Assembly: GCF_964204645.1 (NCBI RefSeq)
Contig: NC_134026.1
Coordinates: forward strand, 3,061,950-3,125,949
Reading direction: 5' to 3'
Length of the DNA: 64,000 bases
Origin: Tubulanus polymorphus
Lineage: Eukaryota > Animalia > Nemertea
Positions 1-14,055 of the stretch are shown here, piece by piece. The notes beneath the pieces are model-generated. The model did not search any database. It was not told where the DNA came from and saw nothing but the letters and a program-made list of their open reading frames with translations. Each line of letters opens with the position of its first letter. Positions within the stretch are counted from its first letter, which is position 1. A program made the translations under genes and the position numbers.

Positions 1-3000
1 GCTGATTGTCCGCGGACGTGCACTCCCCTCCCACCGCTTCATCGTGGTCAGACATCTCTTCCGATAATCTATTCAAACTACGGCTTCTACCGAACTGAGT
101 TCGAGGCAAATAATGAGTAGTTTTAGGTCGAGCTCCGCCGACGGCGCCGCGTGGCGCGGGTAAAGTATGATGATTACGCGGCGATAGATGCGAATGATTA
201 AGTTGTTCGATCGAAGCCCCGACTTGAACGGAAACATCCTGAACGTAATCGGAATCGTGGCTGCCCGAACTCGCCGGCGAACTCGCCTCATTCAGGTACG
301 CTCGTCCGGGATTCCATCGCGTTCTCGGTTCACCCGTTTCCGAACAGATCGACGCGAACGACATCTGCGACGTGACCGAGCTCGATCGTCCGAGGTTATG
401 TAGCGGCGTACCGGGAGTTATAGGCGATTGTATCGCGGTAGCCGTGCCCGAGTTGTGACTCGGACTGCATGAACTACCGACTAGTGAGATCGGCGAATGA
501 AAGTTTGTAGCGCCGGGATAAACCTCCGGACTGTGAATCGAGGCACCGTTGCTCGGCAACGCGGCGTAATTACGCGGATTGTTTAACTGCGGTTTAAACG
601 ATAAACTCATCGGCGGCAGACTGTAACGATGCGATTGATGAGACGGCGATGACTCGTGATCGCTGTCGTACGACGAGTGTCGTTTCGAGTCGTTCGACGA
701 CTGAAGACGTAGAAAATCGGAAATTCGAAATCGCGACGGCGACAATAATAATCCGTCGGGTTTAACGACGCCACGATTCACGCGGTCCGAATTCGACGAA
801 TCGTCGTTTTCGCCGGTTTGCCAGATCACTTTACGATCTTGACTGTCCTCTAATACGATCGAGCCGTCGGATAATTCGTCCGACTGCGCGACGACGTTTC
901 GATCCGAGTCGTTCCCCGATGCCTCGTCGATTCTCTGACTAGAACTAAACGTCGGAACGCCGGAGCTCGGATTATTATCGTCGCAGCGTTGACGACGAGC
1001 CGCGACGTCGTTATCGACGCGTTGTTGAGACGTCGGTTCGGATATTAGTCGATTATCGACGATCGCGGCGACGTCGTCGACGTACGAGATACGGTTGCGA
1101 TTTGTATCGATCATCCCGTGATGATTATCGCCGATCGATTCCGGCGTGCTCACGCTACCGATATTCATATAACTTTGATCCGACGACGACCAGCGCGTAC
1201 GCGTCGGGACCTCGCAACGTCGAGCCACTTCCCGTTCGATGCGTATTTGATTGTCGTTTCGTTGATTCGACTGTCTCCATAGCATTATATTGTTAGCGTT
1301 ATTATCACCGCCGGAGCAGTGTTGATTATTAGTACCGGTATTACCGGTAGGTGGCGCGTCGGTGATCGTTCCGACTGAATTTCGAGCTACGTTTCGACGT
1401 ACGAACACGGAGTCCGTGCTCGTATCCGACGACGATGAATCTCGTCGTCGATTGTTACGCGGCGCTACGTTACCGCGTACGGGCGATACGTAATTCGCCG
1501 GTAACACGGCCACGGCTCCGTTACGTCGACGTTCACCGGTTTCGTTCGAATCGCGTCTCAAACAGCTCTCGTACGGCGGAGGTGCTTCTCCGGGAACTCG
1601 ATTAGCGCGAGGTGGCGAGTACGGAGGAGGAGGTTCGCTGTACGGAGGAAATTCGACTCCGATATTGATTTCGTCGTATTCAGAAACGTAAGCAGTTGCC
1701 ACCATATCTGCCGCAGTCTCACGTCTACAGTTATTGTTCATTCCTAAATAAAGAGACAAACGATAGCTTATAATCTTTCTATAAGAGATTTAAAAATATA
1801 GCAATCACTCAATTTTTTACACTGTGCTCATGAAATATATCTCTCTTCAAAGGTTGATTTATCTACTCAATCCAAGATAGGCGTTCTCCAAACAATCCCA
1901 ACATTTGTAAGTATATGGTGGCCACTTTCTGCCAAATTACAAATTCACAAATCACATAATGATACAAGTCCCTGAGTAAATCCGAGGAATTTCTAGTATT
2001 GAAATGTTACAATTTATTCATTTTTCATGAATCATGTAGTGATAATGAAACACGTCGTCAATAACATTATCCAAATTCCTTCGATTTTTCCAGGCTTATA
2101 TTTGCAAAATTTGTCCAATTCCCCGAGTTTTCCTTGATTTTTTAAAAGATTTTTCTGATTCCCTGAGTTTCCAGGTTTTGTGTTGGTTTCTACCAGTACA
2201 AGTTTTCTTAGATTGTAAAACATACTTCTCATAGTAAACAGCATACGACGTCTGCGAACTCGATGAATCATGAACAACAGTAAAGCAAGAATAAGGAATG
2301 ATGTGACCGTACTGGCTACCAGGCGTAAACCTATATTTGTTGTTTCACCTGAAAAATAAATCAATCCAGTTAATATAATTCAGGGTTTGTAGCTGTATCA
2401 GTCGAACCAAAAATGATGATTTTCAGTTTTCAGGTTCAGAATGGTTTACCTGAACTTGCAGGTGAATCGGGATTTGTATCGACGTCACCTCCTCCAGTTG
2501 TGGGTGGTTTATTGAAAACAACAGTCGAGTTGATGCAAGTGAATTTACAACATTCACCCGGCAACTGCAAAATATAATACATGTACAAACAAAAATATTA
2601 CAATGTCTCTAATATGGGAATTCCAACGGCTGCTGCTGATAAAACGTTGCAAATCAAAATATTACCCTCAACTTTGAATCAATGGCAGAGATTCGAATTG
2701 GGCTTAATTCAAAACTAGACTATATCTGAACGTGTCCTCAATTAGCTTATTTATTTAAGGCCGACTTTTTTGAGTAGTCCATATTTTAATAGATCAACTT
2801 CAAATTTATGTTTTATCAATTAGCCACATTCAGTTCTCGAGTTTGGTTTCCACAAAATGTTAAGATTGAAGACCAGACTAAGACCATCTTGGATCTATAA
2901 CCTATCTTACAACTTGAGACCAGTTTTCAGACTTACCGTAAGCCCAGGGCCCTATGGATCATTGATTTGAGATTTGTACTTAGGTGTTTAAACATTTTGT

Positions 3001-3357
3001 GAAACCGAACTCAAGTCAAGGAGTAGAAGTTGATAAGTAATGAGTGTAATTTAAGCTACGTACTTGTTCCCAGACAGGACAGGATGTAGGTGGTGAACAC
3101 AGAACTGATTTACAAGTCGTAGGATAGCCATGATCGCACATACAAGCCGTACACAAGTCCTTCTTATGAGGCACGAATTGAGCTCCATTTTCGATCAGTC
3201 CTCCTTTCCAGTCGAGACACGTAATACCGTTACGTTTAGTAGTGGTTCTCGATCCGGCCGATACTGTCTGTAAACTAACCACAGTCAAAGCTGTACCCAC
3301 GTATAACGCGATCATTATCCATGTCGTTTCTGTGTATGTTTCGCAATAGATGTTCAT
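1..3357 (-). CDS. DGCR2/IDD-like single-pass membrane protein (signal peptide, VWC domain, TM helix, PPxY-bearing cytoplasmic tail); 3' end is outside the window
   Basis: Exons 3357-3064, 2564-2450, 2348-2226 and 1743-<1 splice in frame at GT-AG sites. VWC cysteine pattern CLDW..CTACMCDHG..CKSVLCSPP..CCKFTC, then TM GLRLVASTVTSFLILALLLFMIH, RRRR stop-transfer, then PPPPYSPP and PPPYE. Confidence 0.75.
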
Positions 3358-4251
3358 GTTGTTGAAACAAGTCACAGTAGTTTATTGCGAATTAACATGT
3401 TCTAAACTGAAAATAGAAATAAACAAAAAATCAGACATTGTATAAAAGGTAGCCTACGCAGATCTTGAAAAAAATCGCAGTTTAGGCAACTTTTTCAAGT
3501 TACAAATTTTTAGGGTTCGTGTTAAATTAAAGACACCTCGATCAACCAATTTCTAATCTTGTGCACACCACAGTAGCCTATATGAAACTACCAGAATATA
3601 CAACAATTACTTGTTGTTTCACTAATGTTTTTAACCATAGACAGGATGGCTGATAGTGATTACTTACTCACCAGACAGTGGCAGTAATGCTTAAACCATC
3701 TGAGTAATGCAAACTTAAAGACAACAATTTTACACAAATGACACTAATCCCTAATTTCAATAGGCTAATTGACAATTAACGATTCACCAATGGCAATACA
3801 GAGAACAACAGTGAGATGAGTCGAGCTCAATTAATTTTGTCAGGAATCAGACAGCAAATAAGGCCGGAAGTGGGAAGGAGTTGGGATGAGAGGTTGTTGA
3901 CCGTTCGTCGGCGTTGCTGTTGTCGTTGTTGGTGAAAAAAAAACAGGGAGCCTAAACCACACCCTCTCATCATCAGCTTTCTTCAATCTGTTTCACCTGG
4001 GTTTTACATCCATAGTTACCTATTTGATCGCAAATATTTGCGTCATATTTTTTCTCTGCTGTTTTTCAGTCTTCTCATGGCTAACCTGTTTTCCTAACGA
4101 AATAATTTTTAATTAAATGCAATCATTAATTTTTTGAACCCGGAAGTATTCTCCGAGTAAATCGTATACGGCGTATCCGGATTATTGGTAAAACACGGAT
4201 AAGGACTCTGTTACGCTTGATTGATTTCGACCTGGTCACATGATCGTCAAA

Positions 4252-6653
4252 ATGGCGACTGTCAGTTCGCATCCCATATCGTTGTTGTCACTCGGATTAT
4301 TAGGTAAATGCGCATAGAAATCTGATAGATATGTTTTAATGAGCTATGCAGACATGTAGATATATCTGGGTAATCAAACCCCATAAAGTCTGACTAATTT
4401 AGGGCCAATAATGTTTCCTGGGCTTTCATTTGTTGGTTTTTTTAGTGTAGGCTGACTGACTAAAAAATCTGGCCATCATCACCACAGATCAGTCAGGTTC
4501 GAACCCCGTTAATGAGATAGATCTCTTATTGCCACCCTTCCTTTTACGCCTTCAGTAAGAGTACACACAGAGACTAATTAAGTCTCAAATAGTATATCGT
4601 TTGAAAATTTACAAAATCATGAGGCAAGATAGCAGATTGTGGCCAAATGTTTGTTCCAAACACTTAAAATCAATATTTCAGAGAAGGATTCAAATGGTGA
4701 CGTCTTGTGGACATGGGCCTACCCTTCGGCAACTTCAGAGCAAAGAGAACTATTCACTAGAAAATGTTGTTTAGATGTGTCAGATTCGACCTTACAAACT
4801 GAATTCACTTACGGACAATATCAACACGCCTGGTATTACATACTTAGAGATGAAGTAGTCAACAATACTAAATTATCAAAAGTGAGTTCAATTCAAAGAA
4901 CGCAGAATGTTAGAATAACAACTTTGTGAAGCATGCGATAAAGATGTTTAGAAATTGTAATTATCTTTATTGTTCCTAATAGATTTTGATATTATCTCTA
5001 GGTGCGCGCAGTTGCTGTGGTGTTAATGGCAAAAGATTTCCATCCGGAGAAATATGAACATGTCCTACGAATAATGATCTCCGAATATCAGAATAGCGGG
5101 TCTCCGGTTAGTATGATGCAGTGTTACTTGGATATAATCACGAAAGGATCGACGAAGTCAACTGTTGATGAAGATATTTGTAATGTGAAAGATTACAGCG
5201 TTTCAGATGCTTATCTTCATTATTCCATAAAAGGTAACAAAACTCATCATCTGAAAAAAAGTTCAAAATATACCTTCTTCATAGTTATGTATAACTCCAG
5301 GGTCTGTAGCGAGTCTGACAAAGTGTGAAAAGCTTATTTTTGGAAAAAAAATATAGGAGAGGTCCTGATTGTGCTTACTTTTTACGTCAAATTTTGAAAG
5401 TGCAGAAAAGTACTTACTTTTTGGACTCTTGTGTCATCATATGACATTTCTACTGACAAATATTATTGTGGGCTATGTGCGAATTCCACCAAAAAAGAAA
5501 TTCATCTTTGGATTCAGGAAAAGTGCTGACTTTTGAGTTTAGAAACGCTGACTTTACTCTTCAGTGTGACTGCTACAAAACCTGAATTCAGATTGAATCC
5601 CAGTTTCTTCAATAGTAATGATTACCCGTGAATGTATGGTGAATGATGGTGTGTTTTAGATGCGATCAAGAAATTCGGCTTAGAAACAATAATCATATAC
5701 ACGGCTATTTTATTAAAGAAGAAAGTGATTGTTTACCATTCCAAACAAGAAGAACTGCAGACATTCCTTAGGTATCGATTTTATAGACAAGGTTCTCATG
5801 TTCAGATTACGTACATTTTTAATTTCCTTAGCGTCACTTTACTTTCGTGAACTATTTATACTGTAGAACTCTTCCATTGTTGGTTTGGCACCGACATAAC
5901 TGGGATATTCTTTTGCCAAATGTTGATCTCAATGAAAATGAAATCAACGATTTGAAGACAAATGGACACTACATTGCTGGTTTCACAGATCCTGCTGTTG
6001 AAAATAGGTAATTGAGTTACCAGGCCTACATTCATGTACAAGATACCCAGTTTATGTAAAGTTTTGAATCACTCAGAATCGTGTATGAAATGATAAGGGT
6101 TTTAATTTCATTGTAGAATGGATTTGTACGATGTATTTGTGAACCTTCAAGCGTTAGAGATAACCACCGCTTCGCATGCCAAAGGTACTTCATCAGATTT
6201 ATATATTCTTGTATGTTCTCTACCACGATGATGACTAATTAACAGTAAAATGTAACTATCTAACTGATATGTATTGATACATTTTCATATCATGATAGAA
6301 TCTATGACTATGGGAAAACTACATAAAGAGATTGCGTTGAATATGGTTCAATGTACTGATAATGATGATATAGGCCCAAAACAAGCTGTCAAGGTAACTG
6401 AGCATCCCTGAATATATATATAAATGTATTTCAAAAAATGAGAAAAACGTAAAATTGTGGAGTGAATTATTTCTTTTAGGAAATTAGTAATAAAACAAAA
6501 GAGCTTTTGAACAATCTACACAAACTAGCGACAGTAGGAGACGACGGTAAAGCAAGACTTTCACTAGAAACGTTAAAAGAACAGAAGTTTCCACACGCAA
6601 CTGAGAATTTCTTGTATAATTTAGCTGCGGCTGAAGGATTTGTTCAATTGTGA
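4252..6653 (+). CDS. DENND10: DENN domain-containing protein 10 (FAM45A), multi-exon
   Basis: MATVSSHPISLLSLGL|IEKDSNGDVLWTWAYPS, DFHPEKY, IKKFGLETIIIYTAILLKKK, FPHATENFLYNLAAAEG; TGA at 6651-6653; canonical introns. Confidence 0.9.
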
Positions 6654-7579
6654 TTTATATCACCATTTATCTATATAAACACTATCGCAGTTTTATGTGT
6701 AATATAATAAATGTGTTTAATGTAATGTAAGAATGATTGATTTGATTTGTAAATAAAAACCAGCATACTAGTCGAAAGACTGTTCTATCTATTTTCGTGT
6801 TTTGGATCAGACTTGAATACATATTCAACATTGATATTTTGGATATTTTCGATGAAATGATGACCGAGAAGTCGAGAGTATTGATACAACAACGAGGAAA
6901 TGAGGAGACCGTTTGAGTTTGACAAAAATCAGGTCTCAACGGAGAGACGAATGTCGCCATGATGCTAAATCGTTCAAACTAAATACACGTTAGTATTTTT
7001 TATAAGTTCAATATATACGCATATATGTTCACCGGATCGGGCAAAAATGCTGCATATTGTCAAACTGCCTGATCCTAGATTGATTTCCTAGACAAAACAA
7101 ACGTCGCGCGCTCTGACCAAAAATTGCTTTCACTGAAAAACTGGTTTGAATACTTCATGGACTTTAACATTAATACACCAAACCGGCGACACCCACTCTC
7201 CCAATCAGACGAAACAAACGCATGGAATTGTTTCTTATGATATTTGAATTAACAAGTCATTACCGACGGCTCGACAAAATCTAGGAAATTATTTCTGATG
7301 GCGTATATTCTAGAAATGGTTATCAAACCGTATATGTCCATTCCTTATTTACAGTAATTCGTCAATATTTTGCTATCACGGTTGATAGAAAACAAAAAAA
7401 AATAGATAAAAAACAAAAAAATAATTCTATGTGCTTTCTCTGTTGGTTTTTTTTGTTCGTTTATAATACGACTTTGAAACCCCGGGGATATCATAACCGC
7501 AGAGTCGTTTGTAGGACACCAGCGATCAGGTAGGGCACAGTCGACGATTCTTTGTGGCGCGACTAAACCCAGCATAAAA

Positions 7580-10500
7580 ATGGATAATCAAGCATTCGAA
7601 GACGATACTAAGAGAAAGGTTAGAAAATACTTACAAAAATAAATCCATTTACATTTATACACAGAAATAATTTTTGTTAGAATAATTTAATTATCAAATT
7701 AAAATTTTAGTTTATCAGTGTCTATTAAATCGAGTTATTGACATGCCTTATAATTTTCGCAATCTTAAAACGGATTCACATGAATAGCATTTATCATTCA
7801 ATTTTGGAAATTGATTTTGAAAATCATTTAATATACATTGTATATTCATAGAGACAGCAGGTAGATGTACTTTGCATTCTAAGTATTCAATACCCTTCAT
7901 GAATATAAAAAGATGTTACAGTTTTACAGGCAATTTGTATTTGTTACGTTATGAATACACGTATAAACTTGTTTTATTCAGGGTTTGAAAACCTTTCGTG
8001 ATTTGATGAAAAACGATGTCTTTAAGTAATAATGTATATATTTGCTTTTATACTACATGTATCATAAAAGGGACATATGAATACCCGGTACGCAACACAC
8101 AAATTAATGAAAACGAATTTAAAGTCACATCACCATGTCACCAATCGAAATGCGTTTATTGCATTCGTAATAACGATAGAAAAATATGCGTTTCGTATAT
8201 TTCAACAAGAAATTCATTCAAATCAATGCAAAAAAATTTCAGGAAAATGGTAGCGATACTATCAGCATAATCAGTGAAAAACCAATAGATCTGGTGGCTG
8301 TGGAGACTGGTAATTTACAAGTACCCGATAAAGATGAACCAAGTCGAGAGAACTGGTCTGGAAAATTTGATTTCTTGTTATCGTGTATTGGATATGCCGT
8401 GGGAATCGGAAATGTTTGGAGGTTTCCGTATTTGTGCAACAGAAACGGCGGAGGTCAGTCTTGACCACCGAATTCAGAATTTTACCATCCACAATAAAGA
8501 TCACCTCAGAATGAACGAAGTTGGGAATTCATATTTCATGAAATTAAAAAACCAATAAATGTTCTAGAATATATATCTCAACTTTATTTGAGGGGAAATG
8601 ACACGTTTCTTAAATCTATTGCGAAATAAAAAAACAGAAAAATAGATTTTCTCACTATTCTATCACATTTTTTCATGGTGAGATCCAAATTTCCGCAGCT
8701 AAGCCAAAAACCGGTACGGATATTTTTTCAGGTGCGTTTCTCATACCTTACGCTCTAGCCCTAGCTCTAGCAGGGTTGCCTCTATTCTTCATGGAGCTGA
8801 GTCTCGGTCAGTTTGGTTCACTAGGACCGATTACCATCTGGAGATGTCTGCCGCTATTCAAAGGTAAAGTAGTGAAAATGAATGGTGCTGTTCCCAGTAA
8901 AACTCGACGTCCAGATACTTTCAAATGTTTATGATTTTTTCCTATGCTGAAACATAAGGTTTAGGATATGGAATGGTAATGTTAACTGGGATTTTGTGCA
9001 CGTATTACAATGTGATAATCTCGTACGCCATTTTCTATCTGTTTGCCTCGCTGACTAGCGAACTTCCATGGTCTTCATGCAACAATACTTGGAACACACC
9101 TCGCTGTTACAGAGCATCTATCGAAGACGTCAGATCTGGTCAGTGAATTTTCCTATTTAGCACGAAAATGATTTTTAACTTGCCGATTCTATACACGAGT
9201 ACACATGAGTAAAATAATACAATAAAAGTAAATTATACGGAATTTTATATACGTCCCTGTATTGTTATTCGATCAAATCTCTTTTAAAGGAAGTGTAAAC
9301 CTTACTGGCAGAGTCACACCCTCTGAAGAATACTGGGAGTAAGTGTGTCTGGGGAAATGTAATGTCTATATACCTGATGAGGCTTACTCAACTAAAATCA
9401 GAAACATTCGTTAGAAAGTTAACTCTATCTAGGCATATACATATATATATATGTATACAAGAAAAACAAAAGTAGTCAATACAATCTTTCAAACATCAAT
9501 TAATCTTTTTACTTTTGCCAGAAACGTTTCATTGACGAAAATTTAAATCACCTGACTTTTAATCAACTTAATCAGTCATTTCAAATTTCCAGTCGATATT
9601 TATTGGAACGTTCAGATGGTTTTCACGACACCGGTGGTGTCCGCTGGCAGTTGGCATTATGTTTGATGTTGTCTTGGATCATCGTGTTTGCGTCCCTTTC
9701 GAAAGGCGTAAAATCATCAGGAAAGGTACATTTGACGATCCAACCCTAATGAGCAAAGCTAATCGGATTAAATTACGAAAGGTTGTGATAAAAATGAAAG
9801 ACAAATCTACGTTTCAATTTCAGGTTGTTTATTTTACGGCGACATTTCCATATTTAGTGCTTATCATCTTGTTAATCAGAGGAGTAACATTACCAGGGGC
9901 AGTTGATGGCATCCTGTACTTCATCACACCGAAATGGAAGTTACTACTAAACCCACAGGTAAGATTACCGTACTGAATTGAGATAAATGCCACTAAGCTT
10001 GAAGAATAAGTGGATAAACCAGTCACTACCACTGGTCTCCACACTGACCACAGTTTCATAGAGACCTCCAAATTCGATCTTCAAAGGCCGTATGAGGACG
10101 TTCTTGTAAAGACAAAGGGTCCATTTGATATTAGAGGCAAACGGTGTACAAAGATCCTGCATTTTTGGGTTATTGTATTCCTAATTATGAACTAAAACGT
10201 CTCCAGCCATTGATTGCAAACACAACTTTGTCTTTGTTGTAAACAGGTTTGGGTAGAGGCGACGGTGCAGATTTTCTATTCGCTCGGTCCGGCTTGGGGT
10301 GGACTATTGACGATGGCCAGCTACAACAAGTTCAATAACAACTGCTATAGGTGAAGACTATCGTTTTGTTGTTCTTTGATTATATGGAATTTCAAATCCT
10401 TGATATTTTCGTTGAATTTTGCAGAGATGCTATCATTGTTTCTGTGACCAATTGTGGAACCAGTGTTTTCGCTGGTTTTGTCGTTTTCTCGATGTTGGGT

Positions 10501-12072
10501 TTCATGGCACATAGCACCGGCCAAACAGTAGATGATCTATCCAAGTCAGGTAGATATTTTTCGCAACATCATTCTCTGAAATCAATTTACGATGTATTAC
10601 ATTGAAAACACTTCAAATTTCAGGGCCAGCACTGGCGTTTATTGCTTACCCTGAAGGTATATCGAGAATGCCTTATGTGCCACCAGTTTTTGCCGTTCTA
10701 TTCTTCATCATGATTTTGACTCTGGGATGCGATAGTCAGGTATCACTCGTTGTTCGATTGTAGTAAATGGATATTTTTCGAATCTTAACGAAAAACTGCA
10801 AAACAGTTAATTTTGTGTTCATACAATTGTGTTTTTGTTGTTAAATATTTTAGTTTACGATGATGGAAGCTTTGATCAGCGCTTTTGTCGATGAATATCC
10901 AAAATTGTTACGAGCCAAACGAACATTGTGGACGCTGATCATCTGTTTTCTTATGTATCTGATTGGATTTCCTTTCATCACAAGGGTAAAAACAAATATG
11001 ACTTATGTTCTAAATTTGCAAGGTGTGCAGGATAGTGTATGAAATTATAGTTAGAGTGGGAGGCCTTGCTGGATTACTAGTACACGGTAGTACACGGTAA
11101 TTTTTTGTCACAAATGACTCGCCCATAGCCGTTCCCTTCAAATTCAGAAAAGACCTACGATTTATTTTTTCATTGAAAACACACCCATAATGCTCTTCGA
11201 TTACATTTCATAAAGTCGGGGATATACTGGTTCACATTAGTTGATTGGTATGCTGGTGTCTATGGTTTGATGGCGATTGCTTTCCTTGAATCAATTGGAA
11301 TTTCTTGGATATACGGTACATATTCAATTCGTATTACTAGAAGTTCAACAATCACGATACATACCGGTAACCCCAACCCATATGTTCCGTTTAGGTTTCC
11401 ATAGATTTTCTGAGGATATAAAGTTAATGCTTGGATTTAAGCCCAATCTGTATTGGAGAGTCTGTTGGCAATTCATAACCCCACTGCTTATGTTGGTGAG
11501 TTTTTCCATAGTTCGGTAATATCTGTATCACTGGTCTTATTTAATGAAGAAATATGTTAATTTAAATTTATGGGTTGATATAGGTAATAATGATATTTAC
11601 GGCAGTATCTCAAACGCAGGCGTCTTACGGTGACTATCAGTTTCCTGATTGGGCTATAAGTGTCGGATGGTTGATCGCAAGCGCGTCTGTCGTCTGCATT
11701 CCTCTCGTGTTCATCACGCAGTTCTTCTTCTACACGGATCATTTCAGTGTAAGACATTATAATGATGGAAGGGAGTATTCCAGAATTAAGATTTCCTATC
11801 AGAAGCAATGTTTTGGAAATACATGTATTCATTATCATATATATATTTATTTGATTGAATTGTCCGTTTTGCAGAATTGTAGCAAGGAGTCACTGAAACG
11901 TTTGATATCACCAACGCCGGAATGGGGACCGGCATACAGCGATGAATCGAGACGAGCGACACTCGAGCAACAAACGAAAGCGATGAAAGAAAGAAAACTC
12001 GATCCTAACTACACGTTAGAAAAGGCTAGACCGCTTCAGATCGAAAACCCGTATATAGCTAAACCAGAGTGA
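7580..12072 (+). CDS. SLC6 sodium/chloride-dependent transporter (glycine/proline-transporter-like), ~14 exons
   Basis: [105 protein letters not shown]. First exon 7580-7618 is the least certain. Confidence 0.92.
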
Positions 12073-13104
12073 CAAACTCCGATCATTAACTTCAAGATTT
12101 TGGAAAATGGCTTCAAGTATATACACTATGCTTTCCAACGAATAAAATTTTTGTAATTACTTATATTTACTAACGCTTCATCTGATTGGAAAAAAAAGAT
12201 GACGCTGAGACAACATATTATGCCTAGAAAAATCAAGGGACGTTCAGTATACATTTGACTCAAAGGACTGATCTTACATTCGAAAAATTGCATTAATACA
12301 AAATCCATCCATTTTGCCTACTCGACACATCATACCTTTTGTTTTTTTGGTCGAAATCAATTAGAATAAAGGCAAAGATATGTTTATGTATACGAAATAC
12401 TTCTTGTTTCTATGATGAATATGCTTCGATACTGTACTCAGATCATGCAGGAAGAATGTGCATAAAATGGCCTAAATTTATGGTTATCCCACAATACGAT
12501 GACTTGATAAACGTATATTCAAATGTATGTATTTCTTCGTCTCCATTTCAATCTATTGAAATGCAGCTTCTACATTATTGTCAACTTTCTACTGAAATCA
12601 TAGACCATAGATAGAGTGAAAAGAATTTAACCGCTTGATATGGTGAAAATTGCCTTCGGTAAAAATTTTATTTTCATCATCATTTTCTGGTTGTTATCGC
12701 CTGGTCTACGATTTCCGTAAATATTATCGAAACCATAATAATTACAGACGCAAATATAATAAGCATATATCGACAAATCCCAAAATTGCAAAATTGTAGA
12801 CAATCTTCGGTATCTGCAAACTGTTTGTTGGAATTGATTGACGTATACTTAGATAAAAAAATAATCGTCTGGAGGTGCTGAGACTGAATTGACGAAGGCC
12901 ATGATTTTGAAAACGAACGTTTCAATCAAAGCGACAGTATCTGGCACTTTTCTCTTCAATCGTGATTTCTGCGCCGCAAATCGTAAGACACTTGATCCCG
13001 ATGCCCTGGACGAAGTATTCGTATTCGATTCGTTATCGCTAGACATTCAATCTGCAGCATATGACATTCCTTTCTTAGGATATAGGTGGAAAAGATCCGT
13101 CAAG

Positions 13105-14055
13105 ATGACTACTAATTCAACAAACCAACCTGACTTTCCCGAATGGCTTACAATCATGGAAAGAATCATGAAACTCGGACTTTTGCCGGTAATATTTGTG
13201 ATCGGTGTCCCAGGAAACATATTAGCTTTCGTAATATTGCTCAATCCCCGTTTCCAATACAACAACTCTTCGATTGGAGTTTACACGATTATTTTAGCAT
13301 TTTTTGATTTATGTACAACGTTATTCTATGTCCCCGTGCACTTCTTGCGAATGCAATTCAGTCAAGTCGTGCTTTCCATGGAATTTTGTCGCCTTATGAT
13401 GTGGTTAAATTATTTTTGTCGTCCCGCCTCAAATATAACGTTATGTTTAATGAGCGTAGATCGGTTGATAGCTGTTAGTTTGCCTTTGAAGGCTCGAGTT
13501 ATTTGTACTAAGAAACGAGCCGTATTTCTTATATGCATAATAACGGCATTCCAGTTTGCGCGAAGCACAGCCCAGGTAATGGCGATTGGTATGAGAACAG
13601 TTCCTGATATCGGTAAAGACTGTTTCACCGCTTCAAATCCGAGCTTCCAGAAGATTTTGAATCTGATATTTCTTGTCTGGGTACCGTTGATTGTGATTTT
13701 TCTTTGCAATGTGGTAATTATCTATGTTTTGAGGAAATACACCAAACAAAGAAATAAAATGACTGGAGCAGACAATAATACATCAGCCGTTGAGACGTCA
13801 TTGACAGTCATTCTGGTGACGATTTCCCTTATGTTCCTCATTCTTCATTTGCCTTACGTCATTTATGTTTTAATATTCAGTATATTTGATAATCACTTTC
13901 ATAGCGATATAACAGCCGTTGGAGCTAAGTATAGAAATATGGCAGGTTGGGTTTCTGGTCATTTCATGACGATCAATTCGGCATTGAACTTTTATTTGTA
14001 TTGCCTCAGTTCGTCGCACTTTCGGATGAACTTCTGGGCTACATTCTGTAATTAA
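13105..14055 (+). CDS. Intronless class A (rhodopsin) GPCR, orphan peptide-receptor/chemoreceptor-like, copy 1
   Basis: Seven hydrophobic segments; GVPGN in TM1, DRL in place of DRY, P in TM5 and TM6, NFYLY in TM7; N-terminal NST sequon. ATG at 13105 chosen by alignment with copy 2. Confidence 0.88.
   Translation: MTTNSTNQPDFPEWLTIMERIMKLGLLPVIFVIGVPGNILAFVILLNPRFQYNNSSIGVYTIILAFFDLCTTLFYVPVHFLRMQFSQVVLSMEFCRLMMWLNYFCRPASNITLCLMSVDRLIAVSLPLKARVICTKKRAVFLICIITAFQFARSTAQVMAIGMRTVPDIGKDCFTASNPSFQKILNLIFLVWVPLIVIFLCNVVIIYVLRKYTKQRNKMTGADNNTSAVETSLTVILVTISLMFLILHLPYVIYVLIFSIFDNHFHSDITAVGAKYRNMAGWVSGHFMTINSALNFYLYCLSSSHFRMNFWATFCN

Noticed and set aside
4470-4512. B-box-like ggttcgaacc in DENND10 intron 1
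   Set aside because: No A box or cloverleaf; at most a decayed SINE fragment.
9374-9415. CTGATGA...GAAAC hammerhead-like motif in an SLC6 intron
   Set aside because: No credible stem II pairing and no flanking repeat structure.
12889-13104. 388-aa version of GPCR copy 1 from the ORF track
   Set aside because: Begins at a TTG, and homology with copy 2 starts only near the ATG at 13105.
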